From NCBI GenBank assembly GCA_902767325.1, contig CACXGW010000118.1, positions 1-61,516 on the forward strand: a stretch of DNA of 61,516 nt. Reading direction: 5' to 3'. The stretch's first letter is position 1. Every line of letters starts with the position of its first letter. Made by a program: the position numbers and the translations under genes. The notes beneath the pieces are model-generated. The model worked only from the letters and a program-made list of their open reading frames with translations, was not told the origin of the DNA and did not search any database. Origin of the DNA: an uncultured Ruminococcus sp. (GTDB lineage Bacteria > Bacillota > Clostridia > Oscillospirales > Acutalibacteraceae). Below are positions 48,574 through 58,742 of this stretch, piece by piece.

Positions 48574-48750
48574 ATGGCAGAGATAAGATTAAAAGAGAAT
48601 GAGTCTCTTGAAAGTGCTTTAAGACGTTTCAAGAAGCAGTGTGCCAGAGCTGGCGTTATTGCTGAGGTTCGCAAAAGAGAAGCTTATGAAAAGCCTTCCG
48701 TAAAGCGCAAGAAGAAATCCGAAGCAGCTCGCAAACGCAAATACAGGTAA
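48574..48750 (+). CDS. rpsU: 30S ribosomal protein S21
   Basis: [58 protein letters not shown] (58 aa, below ORF-track cutoff); GGGAGG RBS. Confidence 0.97.
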   Translation: MAEIRLKENESLESALRRFKKQCARAGVIAEVRKREAYEKPSVKRKKKSEAARKRKYR

Positions 48751-48758
48751 TCAAACAG

Positions 48759-48790
48759 GCGGACAGGGCATTCTGTCCGCTTTTTGTTTT
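48759..48790 (+). terminator. Terminator after rpsU
   Basis: GCGGACAG-ggcatt-CTGTCCGC-TTTTT. Confidence 0.85.
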
Positions 48791-48821
48791 GGTTTTATTC
48801 CATTTCTAAAAAGGTGAGAAT

Positions 48822-49253
48822 ATGAAAAAGTTACTCGTATTATTAGGACCGAACCTCAATATGGTCGGTATCCGCGAAAAAGGAATATACGGCGAAGATT
48901 CCGCTGAGAGCATCGAAAAAGAGATAATAAAGTACGCTTCCGACAACGGCTTTGTCGCCGATGTGTTCCAGTCTAATCACGAGGGCGTGCTTATCGATAA
49001 GATCCACGAATCACGCCTGAATTACGACGGAGCGGTAATAAACGCCGGAGCGCTGACCCACTACAGCTACGCCCTGCGCGACGCGATAGCGTCCGTTGAT
49101 ATTCCTTATGTGGAAGTGCATATGTCGAACATTCACGCGCGTGAAGAGTTCCGTCATAAGTCCGTTATAGCTCCTGTATGCTCCGGACAGATCGCGGGCT
49201 TCGGAAAAAGAAGCTATTTTCTGGCGATCGAAGCGCTTAAAGGTTTGATTTGA
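48822..49253 (+). CDS. aroQ: Type II 3-dehydroquinate dehydratase
   Basis: GPNLN..G.RE..IYG, QSNHEG, NAGALTHYS, EVHMSNIHAREEFRH. Confidence 0.96.
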   Translation: MKKLLVLLGPNLNMVGIREKGIYGEDSAESIEKEIIKYASDNGFVADVFQSNHEGVLIDKIHESRLNYDGAVINAGALTHYSYALRDAIASVDIPYVEVHMSNIHAREEFRHKSVIAPVCSGQIAGFGKRSYFLAIEALKGLI

Positions 49254-50338
49254 TGAGCGCATTATTCGATAAAAGAATTAAAGAGCTTTGCGGTTATCTT
49301 GAAGACCGCACTGCGGCTTTGATCACGAACGAAGTCAACATCGGATATTTCACTGGTTTTTTTCATAGCGAGGGATGTTTCCTTGTGACAAAGGAAAACG
49401 CGTATCTACTGGTTGATTTCCGCTATTACGAAGCGGCTCAAAGCAGGGCACAGGCTTGCACAGTCATTTGCTTTGAAAAGCTCATCGATTCTCTTTGTGA
49501 GATTTTTCAGAAGGAAAACATCAGGTGCGTCGAGGTCGAAGCGAACTATATGACGCTTGGTCGCGCAAAATTATTCAGGGAAAAGTGGCAGGAAAAGGGA
49601 ATAGCGCTTTTGTCCGACGGAGAGCTTGATAAGCAAATCGAAAAGCAGCGTATCATAAAAGATCAAACGGAAATCGAAAAGATTTCCGCGGCTCAGAAAA
49701 TCGCCGAAAAAGCGTATCTTGAAATGCTCAACGATTTAAAGCCCGGTGTTAAAGAGAGGTGTTTATCGGCTAAGCTCGAATACTATATGAAGCAGTACGG
49801 CGCCGAGGATATTTCCTTTGATCTCATAACGATAACGGGCAAAAAGACCTCGCTGCCGCACGGCGTGCCGTCCGATGACGTTGTGAAAGAGGGCGACTTC
49901 TTCACCTGCGATTTCGGCGCGGTGTATGAAGGCTATCACAGCGACACAACACGCACGGTGGCAGTAGGATATGCGACGGATGCTATGCAAAAGATATACG
50001 ACATCGTTTTGCGCGCCCAGCTTTCGGCGCTTGAAAAAATCAAAGCCGGAGCTAAGTGCTGTGAGATAGATAAGACCGCGCGCGATATTATAACGGACGA
50101 AGGCTTCGGCAAATATTTCGGTCATTCCACAGGTCACGGCGTCGGGCTTGACATCCACGAAGCTCCGCGCGTTTCAATGAAAAGCGACGATGTACTTCTG
50201 CCGGGTATGATAATTACCGACGAACCGGGGATCTATCTTCCCGAAAAGTTCGGCGTGCGCATCGAAGATATGCTCTGCGTGACGGAAGAAGGGTATGTTA
50301 ACTTTGTAGATTTGCCGAAGGAATTGATAATTCTATAA
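49253..50338 (+). CDS. Xaa-Pro aminopeptidase (M24 family)
   Basis: DFRY, PHG, DFGAVYEGYHSDTTRT, HSTGHGVGLDIHE, EPGIY, GVRIED. Confidence 0.93.
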   Translation: MSALFDKRIKELCGYLEDRTAALITNEVNIGYFTGFFHSEGCFLVTKENAYLLVDFRYYEAAQSRAQACTVICFEKLIDSLCEIFQKENIRCVEVEANYMTLGRAKLFREKWQEKGIALLSDGELDKQIEKQRIIKDQTEIEKISAAQKIAEKAYLEMLNDLKPGVKERCLSAKLEYYMKQYGAEDISFDLITITGKKTSLPHGVPSDDVVKEGDFFTCDFGAVYEGYHSDTTRTVAVGYATDAMQKIYDIVLRAQLSALEKIKAGAKCCEIDKTARDIITDEGFGKYFGHSTGHGVGLDIHEAPRVSMKSDDVLLPGMIITDEPGIYLPEKFGVRIEDMLCVTEEGYVNFVDLPKELIIL

Positions 50339-50343
50339 AGTGC

Positions 50344-50372
50344 TTGCATTTTTCGGCATAATTATGTATAAT
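50344..50372 (+). promoter_or_regulatory. Sigma-A promoter of efp
   Basis: TTGCAT-N17-TATAAT. Confidence 0.65.
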
Positions 50373-50427
50373 AACTTTAATAAGCGACAGCCGCTCGGCT
50401 GTGTCTGAATATTAGGAGGTAATTTCA

Positions 50428-50985
50428 ATGATTTCAGCAGGTGATTTCAGAAACGGCGTAACATTCGAGATGGACGGACAGGTTGTTTCCATCATCGAAT
50501 TTCAGCATGTTAAGCCCGGTAAGGGAGCCGCGTTTGTAAGAACAAAAATCAGAAACGTTATTACAGGCGCAGTGGTTGAAAAGACTTTCAACCCCAACGA
50601 CAAATATCCCACCGCGTTTATTGAGAGAAAGGATATGGAATACAGCTATTCCGACGGCGATCTCTATTATTTCATGGATACCGAGACCTGGGAGCAGATC
50701 CCGATCAACAAGTCTGTTCTCGGCGACAGCTTCAAGTTCGTAAAGGAAAATATGGTCTGCAAGATCCTTTCCTACAAGGGCAACGTATTCGGCGTTGAGC
50801 CGCCCAACTTTGTTGAGCTGACCATCACCAAGACCGATCCCGGCTTCAAGGGCGACACAGCAACAAACGCAACAAAGCCCGCAACTCTCGAAACAGGCGC
50901 TGAGATCAAGGTTCCGCTCTTTATCGATGAGGGAGAGGTCATCCAGATAGACACCCGCACCGGCGAATATATGGGCAGAGCGTAA
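50428..50985 (+). CDS. efp: Elongation factor P
   Basis: [39 protein letters not shown]. Confidence 0.98.
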   Translation: MISAGDFRNGVTFEMDGQVVSIIEFQHVKPGKGAAFVRTKIRNVITGAVVEKTFNPNDKYPTAFIERKDMEYSYSDGDLYYFMDTETWEQIPINKSVLGDSFKFVKENMVCKILSYKGNVFGVEPPNFVELTITKTDPGFKGDTATNATKPATLETGAEIKVPLFIDEGEVIQIDTRTGEYMGRA

Positions 50986-50997
50986 CAGGAGTATAAT

Positions 50998-51477
50998 ATG
51001 AACATTACCGAAAAGATTTCTTACATCAAAGGTTTGACAGAGGGTCTTTCGCTCGACGAAAGCAAGCCCGAGGTCAAGGTCATCAACGCCATCATCGACT
51101 TGCTCGACGACATCGCATATGATCTGACCGATATGGAGGAGCTTTACGACGAGCTCAGCGATCAGGTCGATGAGATCGATCAGGATCTTGCCGATGTTGA
51201 GTCCGAGCTTTATGACGAGGATGACTACGAAGAAGATTTCGACGACTTCGACGATTTCGAAGATTATGACGATGACGATAATCCCTTCTACGAAGTGACC
51301 TGCTCAGCCTGCGGTGAAAAGATCAACGTCTCCGAGGATGTATTGCTCGAAGGCGAGATAGAATGCCCCAACTGCGGTGAGGTTCTGGAGTTTGATTTTT
51401 CTTCTCTGTTCACCGATGAGGACTGCGATCTTGACTGCGAATTCTGTCCCAAAGAGGACGATTGCGAAAAAAACTAA
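50998..51477 (+). CDS. Acidic zinc-ribbon protein (CD1247-like)
   Basis: EKISYIKGLTEGL N-terminus, coiled coil, Asp-rich linker, CSAC..CPNC, Cys-rich tail; follows efp. Confidence 0.75.
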   Translation: MNITEKISYIKGLTEGLSLDESKPEVKVINAIIDLLDDIAYDLTDMEELYDELSDQVDEIDQDLADVESELYDEDDYEEDFDDFDDFEDYDDDDNPFYEVTCSACGEKINVSEDVLLEGEIECPNCGEVLEFDFSSLFTDEDCDLDCEFCPKEDDCEKN

Positions 51478-51490
51478 ACCGCACTAAATC

Positions 51491-51527
51491 ACACCCCTTG
51501 TATACTATATACGAGGGGTGTTTTTTT
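51491..51527 (+). terminator. Terminator after efp operon, overlapping the yunB RBS
   Basis: ACACCCCTTGTATA-cta-TATACGAGGGGTGT-TTTTTT. Confidence 0.8.
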
Positions 51528-52182
51528 GCTTTCAAAAAGATTTAGACGACGAAAAGCTCATAAAAAACGGCGTGTCATTGTGCGTTTGATCGTACTGCTA
51601 ATAACAATAGTTTTTATAATACGTTTTTTCGAGTCGCAGGTGTCCGACTTTAGCAAAGCCTATTTTCCCGCGTTTGCGCGTCAGACAACGACCAAGGCGG
51701 TTTGCGGCGCTGTTGAAAAAGTTTTGGCTGAGGGGGATTTTTCATATGATGATCTCACGGATATAAGCTATTCGGACGGCACCGTCAGTTCTGTCAATAC
51801 CGATCCGGTCAAAATAAACCTTCTTAAATCGCGCGTCGTTTCCGCCGCCGAGGAAGAGGTCGAAAAAATCCACAACAGCGTTATGCACATTCCGCTTGGA
51901 GCCTTTACAAAGCTGAGTCTGATCGCGAACTGCGGACCGAAGGTGCCGCTCAGCTTTTGCCTGACGGGCAGCTTTTCCGCGGAACTTGTCAGCACCTTTG
52001 AATCGGCGGGGATAAACCAGACTATTCATCACATCAAGCTTATCGTCACTTCAAAAATAGTTACCGCTTCCGTTGATTTCAAGGACACTTTGACGTTTTC
52101 TACCGATTTTGAAGTGGCGCAATCGGTTTTACTCGGAGAGATTCCCACAACATATGGTGGTTATTACACCCCGATTCGATAA
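51526..52182 (+). CDS. yunB: Sporulation protein YunB
   Basis: Basic N-terminus + TM helix, IPLG, GPKVP, FESAGINQTIH, GEIPTTY. Confidence 0.88.
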   Translation: MLSKRFRRRKAHKKRRVIVRLIVLLITIVFIIRFFESQVSDFSKAYFPAFARQTTTKAVCGAVEKVLAEGDFSYDDLTDISYSDGTVSSVNTDPVKINLLKSRVVSAAEEEVEKIHNSVMHIPLGAFTKLSLIANCGPKVPLSFCLTGSFSAELVSTFESAGINQTIHHIKLIVTSKIVTASVDFKDTLTFSTDFEVAQSVLLGEIPTTYGGYYTPIR

Positions 52183-52231
52183 AAAATGCCGAAATATTGT
52201 GTAAAAAGATTGAGAATCCTTCATAAAGATA

Positions 52232-52260
52232 TTGAAATGCATATTTTTTTGTGGTATAAT
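52232..52260 (+). promoter_or_regulatory. Sigma-A promoter of the miaB-ylbF-mutSL-miaA operon
   Basis: TTGAAA-N17-TATAAT with extended TG. Confidence 0.7.
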
Positions 52261-52297
52261 ATTTCAGTTAGTATAAAATGGGTAAGGAGGCGTTTGC

Positions 52298-53710
52298 GTG
52301 TCTGTAACGAGTATCAAACCGGTTCCGCTGTCGGAAAAGCAGTCGGAATATATGCATTTGATAGCAGAGCTTATGGAGATCCGCAAGCGCGGTGAAAAAC
52401 CCCTTGCATTTATACGCACCTACGGCTGTCAGCAAAACGTTGCCGACAGCGAAAAAATAAAGGGTATGCTCAGTCTGTCGGGCTTTGACTTTACCGACAC
52501 TCCCGACGACGCGGATTTTATTTTGTTCAACACCTGCGCCGTGCGCGAGCACGCCGAGGACAGGGTGTTCGGAAATGTCGGAGCGCTTAAAAATTTGAAG
52601 CGCCGCCACCCGCAGATACTCATAGCACTATGCGGCTGTATGATGGAGCAACAGCACGTTGCAAACCGCATCTACAACAGCTTTCCGTTTGTCGGTCTTG
52701 TGTTCGGCACCCATTCGCTTCATCATTTTCCCGAGCTTCTTTATCAGTCGCTTGTCGACGGAAAGCGTGTTTTCGAACGCGGCAACGACGATCAAATGCT
52801 CTACGAGGGCTTTCCAGTAAAGCGCGACGGAAGCTTCAAGGGCTGGCTGCCGATTATGTACGGCTGCAATAACTTTTGCACCTATTGTATCGTCCCGTAT
52901 GTTCGCGGCAGAGAGCGCAGCAGGGAAAAGGACGTCATTCTCAAAGAGGCTCATCAGATGATAAGCGGCGGCTTCAAGGATATAACGCTTTTGGGGCAGA
53001 ACGTCAACTCCTACGGCAAAACGCTTGAATCGCCCGTCAGCTTCGCGCAGCTGATAAACGAGATAGATAACATCGACGGCGACTATTGGCTCCGCTTTAT
53101 GACCTCTCATCCGAAGGACTGTTCAAAGGAGCTTATCGACGTCATAGCAAACGGAAAGCACATTAGCCGCCACTTGCACCTGCCGTTCCAAAGCGGCTCC
53201 GACAGGATATTAAAGGCTATGAACCGCCATTATGACCGTAAAAAATACCTTGAAACAATAGCCTACGCAAAGAAAAAGATCGACGGCGTATCGCTTACAA
53301 GCGACATAATCGTCGGCTTTCCCGGCGAAACGTACGAGGATTTCAAACAGACGCTTTCGCTTATCCGCGAGGTGGAGTTCACATCGCTGTTCACCTTTAT
53401 CTTTTCTCCGCGCAAAGGAACGCCCGCTGAAAAGCTCGACGACCCCATATCGGCAGAGGAGAAGTCAAAGTGGTTCCGGGAGTTGCTCGACGTTCAGGAA
53501 GAGATCGCCGCAAAGCGCTGTTCTCAGATGGTGGGACAGACCGAGCGTGTGCTGATAGAGGGCGTCAAGGAAAAGACAGGAGAGCTCAACGCCCGAACAA
53601 GCGGAAACATTATCGTTGAGCTTGATGGTGACCCCGCGCTTGTCGGAACATTTCAAAACGCAAAAATCACAAAAGCCCGCAATTGGATATTGAAGGGCGA
53701 GCTTATATAA
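52298..53710 (+). CDS. miaB: tRNA-2-methylthio-N6-dimethylallyladenosine synthase
   Basis: TYGCQQN, NTCAVRE, GCNNFCTYCIVP.VRGRERSR, LLGQNVNSYG, HLPFQSGS, IVGFPGET, TRAM domain. Confidence 0.96.
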   Translation: MSVTSIKPVPLSEKQSEYMHLIAELMEIRKRGEKPLAFIRTYGCQQNVADSEKIKGMLSLSGFDFTDTPDDADFILFNTCAVREHAEDRVFGNVGALKNLKRRHPQILIALCGCMMEQQHVANRIYNSFPFVGLVFGTHSLHHFPELLYQSLVDGKRVFERGNDDQMLYEGFPVKRDGSFKGWLPIMYGCNNFCTYCIVPYVRGRERSREKDVILKEAHQMISGGFKDITLLGQNVNSYGKTLESPVSFAQLINEIDNIDGDYWLRFMTSHPKDCSKELIDVIANGKHISRHLHLPFQSGSDRILKAMNRHYDRKKYLETIAYAKKKIDGVSLTSDIIVGFPGETYEDFKQTLSLIREVEFTSLFTFIFSPRKGTPAEKLDDPISAEEKSKWFRELLDVQEEIAAKRCSQMVGQTERVLIEGVKEKTGELNARTSGNIIVELDGDPALVGTFQNAKITKARNWILKGELI

Positions 53711-53721
53711 AGGAGAAAACT

Positions 53722-54123
53722 ATGGACGTTATAACAATGGCAAGAGAGCTCGGCAAAGCTCTGCAGCAGGAAGATACCTATATCAAATGGCAGGAGGCTC
53801 AGCGGATCGCCGACGCCGACAGCGAGCTTCAGAACCTTATCGGCGAATTCAATTTAAAAAGAATGATAATCAACGACGAGGCTTCCAAAAAAGACAGAGA
53901 TCAGGAAAAGCTCAATCAGGCAAACAAGGAAATGCGCGAGGTCTATTCAAAGATCATGTCAAACGAAAATATGATCGCGTACAACGACGCAAAATCCGCT
54001 TTTGACGCGGTGCTCAACCGTGTTCAGGCTATTTTGCAGCAGAGCGCTCAGGGTGCAGACCCCGACACCGCCGACGCTGTTGACTGCACCGGAAGCTGCA
54101 GCACCTGCGGAGGCTGCTCGTAA
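53722..54123 (+). CDS. YlbF/YmcA (RicA/RicF-like) regulator
   Basis: Helical protein MARELGKAL.., C-terminal CTGSCSTCGGCS; between miaB and mutS; AAGGAG RBS. Confidence 0.85.
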   Translation: MDVITMARELGKALQQEDTYIKWQEAQRIADADSELQNLIGEFNLKRMIINDEASKKDRDQEKLNQANKEMREVYSKIMSNENMIAYNDAKSAFDAVLNRVQAILQQSAQGADPDTADAVDCTGSCSTCGGCS

Positions 54124-54154
54124 GTTTAATTATATTTTACAGAAAGGGTGTGAG

Positions 54155-56749
54155 ATGATGGCGGAGCTTTCTCCGATGATGAAGCAGTATTTTGAAATCA
54201 AAAACGCGAATCCCGATTCGATCCTGTTTTATCGCCTCGGCGATTTTTACGAGATGTTTTACGAGGACGCGAAAATAGCTTCCAAAGAGCTTGAACTCAC
54301 ACTCACAGGCAGAGACTGCGGTCAGGCTGAGCGCGCGCCGATGTGCGGTGTTCCCTTCCACAGCTGCGAGGGCTACATCGCCCGACTGGTCGCAAAGGGC
54401 TACAAGGTCGCTATCTGCGAGCAGACCGAGGACCCCAAAGCCGCAAAAGGTCTTGTAAAGCGCGATATAATCCGCGTTATAACCCCCGGCACCGTTATGG
54501 AGCAAAGTATGCTCGAAGAGGGAAAGAACAACTACATTTCCTGTATGTACGGAGTAGATAAAACCGTCGGTCTTTGCTTCTGCGATATTTCCACAGGAGA
54601 ATTATACGTCACCGAGATCACCGGCAGAGATTCCCTTGAGATTCTTTACAACCAGCTTTCTTCATTCAATCCCCGCGAGATACTTCTCGGCGGCGATGTA
54701 ATAAAAATGAAGCAGCTCCCGGAGTTTATCCGCACAAAGCTTTCTTCAGGCGTTGAAATGCTGGAGGATGAAAGGTTCGCGGTGCAAAACTGCGCGCAGT
54801 CCGTGCTCGACCAGTTCGGCGCCGAGTATGATTTGATAATGGACAAGCCCGTTTTGCTTTCCACCGTCGGAGCACTGCTCGATTATCTCCGCGAAACTCA
54901 GATGCAGGGGCTTGAGCGCATAACTCATATGGAACTGTATTCCGAGGCTCAGTATATGCGGCTCGATTTCAACACCCACCGTAACCTTGAGCTTACTCAG
55001 ACCATGCTTTCAAAGGAAAAGCGCGGTTCGCTTTTGTGGGTGATCGACAAAACAAAAACGGCTATGGGCAAGCGGCTTATCCGCTCATGGCTCGAGCACC
55101 CGCTGATGAACATTTCATCTATCAACAACCGCCAGTCAGCTGTTGAAGAATTGGTCGAAGATACCGTTATGCGCCTGGAAATAACCGAAGCTCTCACCGG
55201 TATTTTCGATATGGAACGCTTGATGACCAGGATCGTTTACGGTTCGGCAAACGCCAGAGACCTCCGCTCGCTTTGCAGCGCTGTGGAAAATCTTCCGAAG
55301 CTGTCTGTTTTGATTTCAGGCTGCCGCGCGTCATATTTGAAGCGTATCTTCAATGATATGGATCTGCTTGAGGATATCCATTCGATGATCGACAGCGCTA
55401 TCGTTGACAATCCTCCGTTTACCGTTCGCGAGGGCGGAATGATCAAACGCGGCTATAACGAAGAGCTCGACGCGGTCGTATCCGATATGACGGATTCAAA
55501 GGATATTTTGTCCCGCATTGAAGCCGAAGAAAAAGAAAAAACCGGAATACCTAAGCTGCGCGTCGGCTACAACAAGGTTTTCGGCTATTATATCGAGGTC
55601 ACCAATTCCTATAAATCTCAGGTGCCCGAAACATATATCCGCAAGCAGACTCTTACAAACTGCGAGCGTTATATAACCCCCGATCTGAAGGAGATCGAAT
55701 CCCGTATCCTCGGCGCAAAGGACAGAAGCGTCGCCATGGAATACTCGATTTTCGATTCCGTCAGGCAGCACGTCGCGTCAAATCTCGAGAGGATCCAAAA
55801 GACGGCAAAGGCTATCGCCACGCTCGACGTCATAACCTCTCTTGCAAATGTCGCGAGCGACAACCGATATGTCCGTCCCGAGGTAAATCAGTCGACTTCG
55901 ATAGTTTTAAAAGATTCACGCCATCCCGTTGTTGAGTCTTTGTTAAAGGACGCTCCGTTTGTTCCGAACGACGTTTATCTCGACAGCAAGTCGGACAGAG
56001 TAGCCATTATCACCGGCCCGAATATGGCGGGAAAGTCAACATATATGAGGCAGATCGCGCTGATCGTTCTGCTTGCGCAGATGGGCAGCTTTGTGCCGGC
56101 TTCTTCGGCGCAGATCGGCGTTGTAGACAGCATTTTCACACGCGTCGGCGCTTCCGATGATCTGGCTTCCGGTCAGTCGACCTTTATGGTGGAGATGAGC
56201 GAGGTTGCGCACATCGTTAAAACCGCCACCTCAAAAAGTCTGCTCATCCTCGATGAGATCGGCAGGGGAACCTCGACCTTTGACGGAATGAGCATCGCCA
56301 GAGCCGTGCTCGAGTTCTGTGCCGACAAGAAAAAGCTCGGCGCAAAAACGCTGTTCGCTACTCATTATCACGAGCTGACTGTTATGGAGCAGCTTCTCGA
56401 CGGCGTAAAGAACTACAACATCGCCGTTAAAAAGCGCGGCGACGACATAACCTTCCTTCGCCGTATCGTCCCCGGAGGAGCCGACGACAGCTACGGAATC
56501 GAAGTCGCGAAGCTCGCGGGAGTTCCCAACTCAATAATCGCCCGCGCTAAGGAAATTTTAGGCGAGCTTGAAAGCGGAGCGGGGGAGACAAAAGTGGAGC
56601 GTGTATCGTCAAGTGATGATAATTCACAGCTTTCGCTTCTTTCGGTTGCCGAAAGCCCCGCGATAGAGAAGATTCGTCAGGCTGATCTGAACACGCTTAC
56701 TCCTATTGAAGCGATGAATCTGCTTTATGAACTGAAAAATATGATTTAA
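54155..56749 (+). CDS. mutS: DNA mismatch repair protein MutS
   Basis: SPMMKQY, GDFYEMF, TGPNMAGKSTYMRQ, STFMVEM, DEIGRGTST, ATHYHEL, SYGIEVA, clamp motif QLSLL. Confidence 0.98.
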   Translation: MMAELSPMMKQYFEIKNANPDSILFYRLGDFYEMFYEDAKIASKELELTLTGRDCGQAERAPMCGVPFHSCEGYIARLVAKGYKVAICEQTEDPKAAKGLVKRDIIRVITPGTVMEQSMLEEGKNNYISCMYGVDKTVGLCFCDISTGELYVTEITGRDSLEILYNQLSSFNPREILLGGDVIKMKQLPEFIRTKLSSGVEMLEDERFAVQNCAQSVLDQFGAEYDLIMDKPVLLSTVGALLDYLRETQMQGLERITHMELYSEAQYMRLDFNTHRNLELTQTMLSKEKRGSLLWVIDKTKTAMGKRLIRSWLEHPLMNISSINNRQSAVEELVEDTVMRLEITEALTGIFDMERLMTRIVYGSANARDLRSLCSAVENLPKLSVLISGCRASYLKRIFNDMDLLEDIHSMIDSAIVDNPPFTVREGGMIKRGYNEELDAVVSDMTDSKDILSRIEAEEKEKTGIPKLRVGYNKVFGYYIEVTNSYKSQVPETYIRKQTLTNCERYITPDLKEIESRILGAKDRSVAMEYSIFDSVRQHVASNLERIQKTAKAIATLDVITSLANVASDNRYVRPEVNQSTSIVLKDSRHPVVESLLKDAPFVPNDVYLDSKSDRVAIITGPNMAGKSTYMRQIALIVLLAQMGSFVPASSAQIGVVDSIFTRVGASDDLASGQSTFMVEMSEVAHIVKTATSKSLLILDEIGRGTSTFDGMSIARAVLEFCADKKKLGAKTLFATHYHELTVMEQLLDGVKNYNIAVKKRGDDITFLRRIVPGGADDSYGIEVAKLAGVPNSIIARAKEILGELESGAGETKVERVSSSDDNSQLSLLSVAESPAIEKIRQADLNTLTPIEAMNLLYELKNMI

Positions 56750-56782
56750 AGACAAAAGATAAAACGAAAGGCGGTGACGAAT

Positions 56783-58738
56783 ATGGGTATCATCAATGTG
56801 CTTGACAAGCACGTCGCGGAGCTTATCGCGGCGGGCGAGGTCGTGGAAAGACCTGCCTCCGTGATCAAAGAGCTCGTTGAAAATGCGATAGACGCGGGAG
56901 CCGGGCACATCACCGTTGAGATAAAAAACGGCGGAACCACCTTTATGCGCGTCACCGACGACGGCTGCGGAATCGCCAAGGATGATGTTAAAACCGCGTT
57001 TCTGCGCCACGCGACAAGCAAAGTAAAGTTTGAGGACGACCTCGATAAAATTTCGACTCTCGGCTTTCGCGGCGAGGCTTTGGCATCTATCTCCGCAGTT
57101 TCGCGTTTGCAGCTCATCACCCGAAACAAGGATGAAGAGATAGGCTCTGCTTATTATATCGAGGGCGGAGAGGAAAAGAGCTTTGACGACGCGGGCTGTC
57201 CGGTCGGCACGACTTTCGTTATCCGTGATCTGTTTTATAACATCCCCGCCAGAGCCAAGTTTTTAAAAAAGGATATTTCCGAGGGAAACGCCGTTTCAAA
57301 TGTTATTGACAAAACCGCGTTATCCCATCCGGAGATCGCCTTTACATACATCCGCGACGGCAAACAGGCGCTTAAAACCTCGGGCGACGACAAGCTGCTT
57401 TCGGCTGTTTATTCGGTTTTCGGAAGAGAGTTTGCCGGAGGGCTTATTCCCGTTGACTACCGGCTCGACGCCATAAAGGTCAGCGGCTATATTTCAAAGC
57501 CTGTTCACGCCAGACCCAACCGCAATATGCAGAACTTCTTTATCAACGGCAGATATGTAAAGTCCAGGACTGCCGCGGTGGCTCTTGAAGAAGCGTTCAA
57601 GCATTCGATTATGGTCGGAAAATTCCCGTCCTGCGTTATAAATATCGAGCTGCCGTATGAGATGATCGACGTCAACGTTCACCCGGCGAAGATCGAGGTT
57701 CGTTTTATCAACGAGCGCCCGGTTTTCGACGCGGTATATCACGCGGTAAAGTCATCGCTTTTGCAGTTTGATACTCAAAAACAGGCAACATTTAAAAACG
57801 ATTCGGCTTTCCATGATATTCGAAAATTAAATCCGTTTCAGACCGCCGACGCAGTTTTGAACCGCGCGCCGCAAAAGTCCGAAACGCCAAAGCCTGCGCC
57901 TGCAATTGATTTTGATATAGCAAACGCAGGTGAATTCAACTCACCAAAGGTGAGCGTTTCCGACAGCCGCGATCCGTTCGATCTTATAACTCCTCAGGCT
58001 GTAAAAACCGCAAAGCACGAGGAAAGCTTTTTGCCCGAAATGCAAAAGAGCACGGCGCCTTTGTTCGTAAACGAGCCGGTCGCTGAAAAGCCCGAGCCTG
58101 TTGCAGAAGCAAAAACTGAGGTCATCGAAAAAGACGATCCCCAGCCGATTCTGTTTGAGCCGCAGCAAAGCGAGCTGCGATATATCGGCGAAGCGTTCGG
58201 GGCTTATATAATCGTTGAGCGCGACAAAAAAGAGCTGCTGCTTATCGACAAGCACGCCGCTCACGAGCGCATCATATACGAAAAGCTCAAAGCGGAAAAA
58301 GCGGGTTCTTCTTTGCAGCTTTTGCTGCAGCCGATCTCCGTTACTCTCGGCAAAGAGGAATACAACGCCGCTGTAAATAATCTCGATCTGTTTACGGCGT
58401 GTTCGTTTGAAGTCGAGGATTTCGGAAACTCCACCATTCTGGTCAGAGGAGCGCCGCAGTATCTCGACGCTTCCGAGATCGCCGACTGCGTTACCGAAAT
58501 GGCAGACTATATCTCGATGGGAAAAACCGACATCTTTTCCGAAAAGATGGATTGGTTCTATCACAACGTAGCGTGCCGCAGCGCGGTAAAGGCAGGCAAC
58601 AAAAACAGTCCTCAGGAGCTTGTTGAGATCGTTAAGACCTTGGAAGAAAACCCCGACATCCGTTACTGCCCCCACGGCAGACCGATAACCATAGTTATGA
58701 AGAAAAGCGAAATCGAAAGACAGTTTGGCAGGGCGTGA
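56783..58738 (+). CDS. mutL: DNA mismatch repair endonuclease MutL
   Basis: IAAGEVVERPASVIKELVENAIDAG, HATSK, LGFRGEAL, DVNVHPAK, endonuclease DKHAAHERIIYE, ACR, CPHGRP. Confidence 0.98.
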   Translation: MGIINVLDKHVAELIAAGEVVERPASVIKELVENAIDAGAGHITVEIKNGGTTFMRVTDDGCGIAKDDVKTAFLRHATSKVKFEDDLDKISTLGFRGEALASISAVSRLQLITRNKDEEIGSAYYIEGGEEKSFDDAGCPVGTTFVIRDLFYNIPARAKFLKKDISEGNAVSNVIDKTALSHPEIAFTYIRDGKQALKTSGDDKLLSAVYSVFGREFAGGLIPVDYRLDAIKVSGYISKPVHARPNRNMQNFFINGRYVKSRTAAVALEEAFKHSIMVGKFPSCVINIELPYEMIDVNVHPAKIEVRFINERPVFDAVYHAVKSSLLQFDTQKQATFKNDSAFHDIRKLNPFQTADAVLNRAPQKSETPKPAPAIDFDIANAGEFNSPKVSVSDSRDPFDLITPQAVKTAKHEESFLPEMQKSTAPLFVNEPVAEKPEPVAEAKTEVIEKDDPQPILFEPQQSELRYIGEAFGAYIIVERDKKELLLIDKHAAHERIIYEKLKAEKAGSSLQLLLQPISVTLGKEEYNAAVNNLDLFTACSFEVEDFGNSTILVRGAPQYLDASEIADCVTEMADYISMGKTDIFSEKMDWFYHNVACRSAVKAGNKNSPQELVEIVKTLEENPDIRYCPHGRPITIVMKKSEIERQFGRA

Positions 58739-58742
58739 TCTT

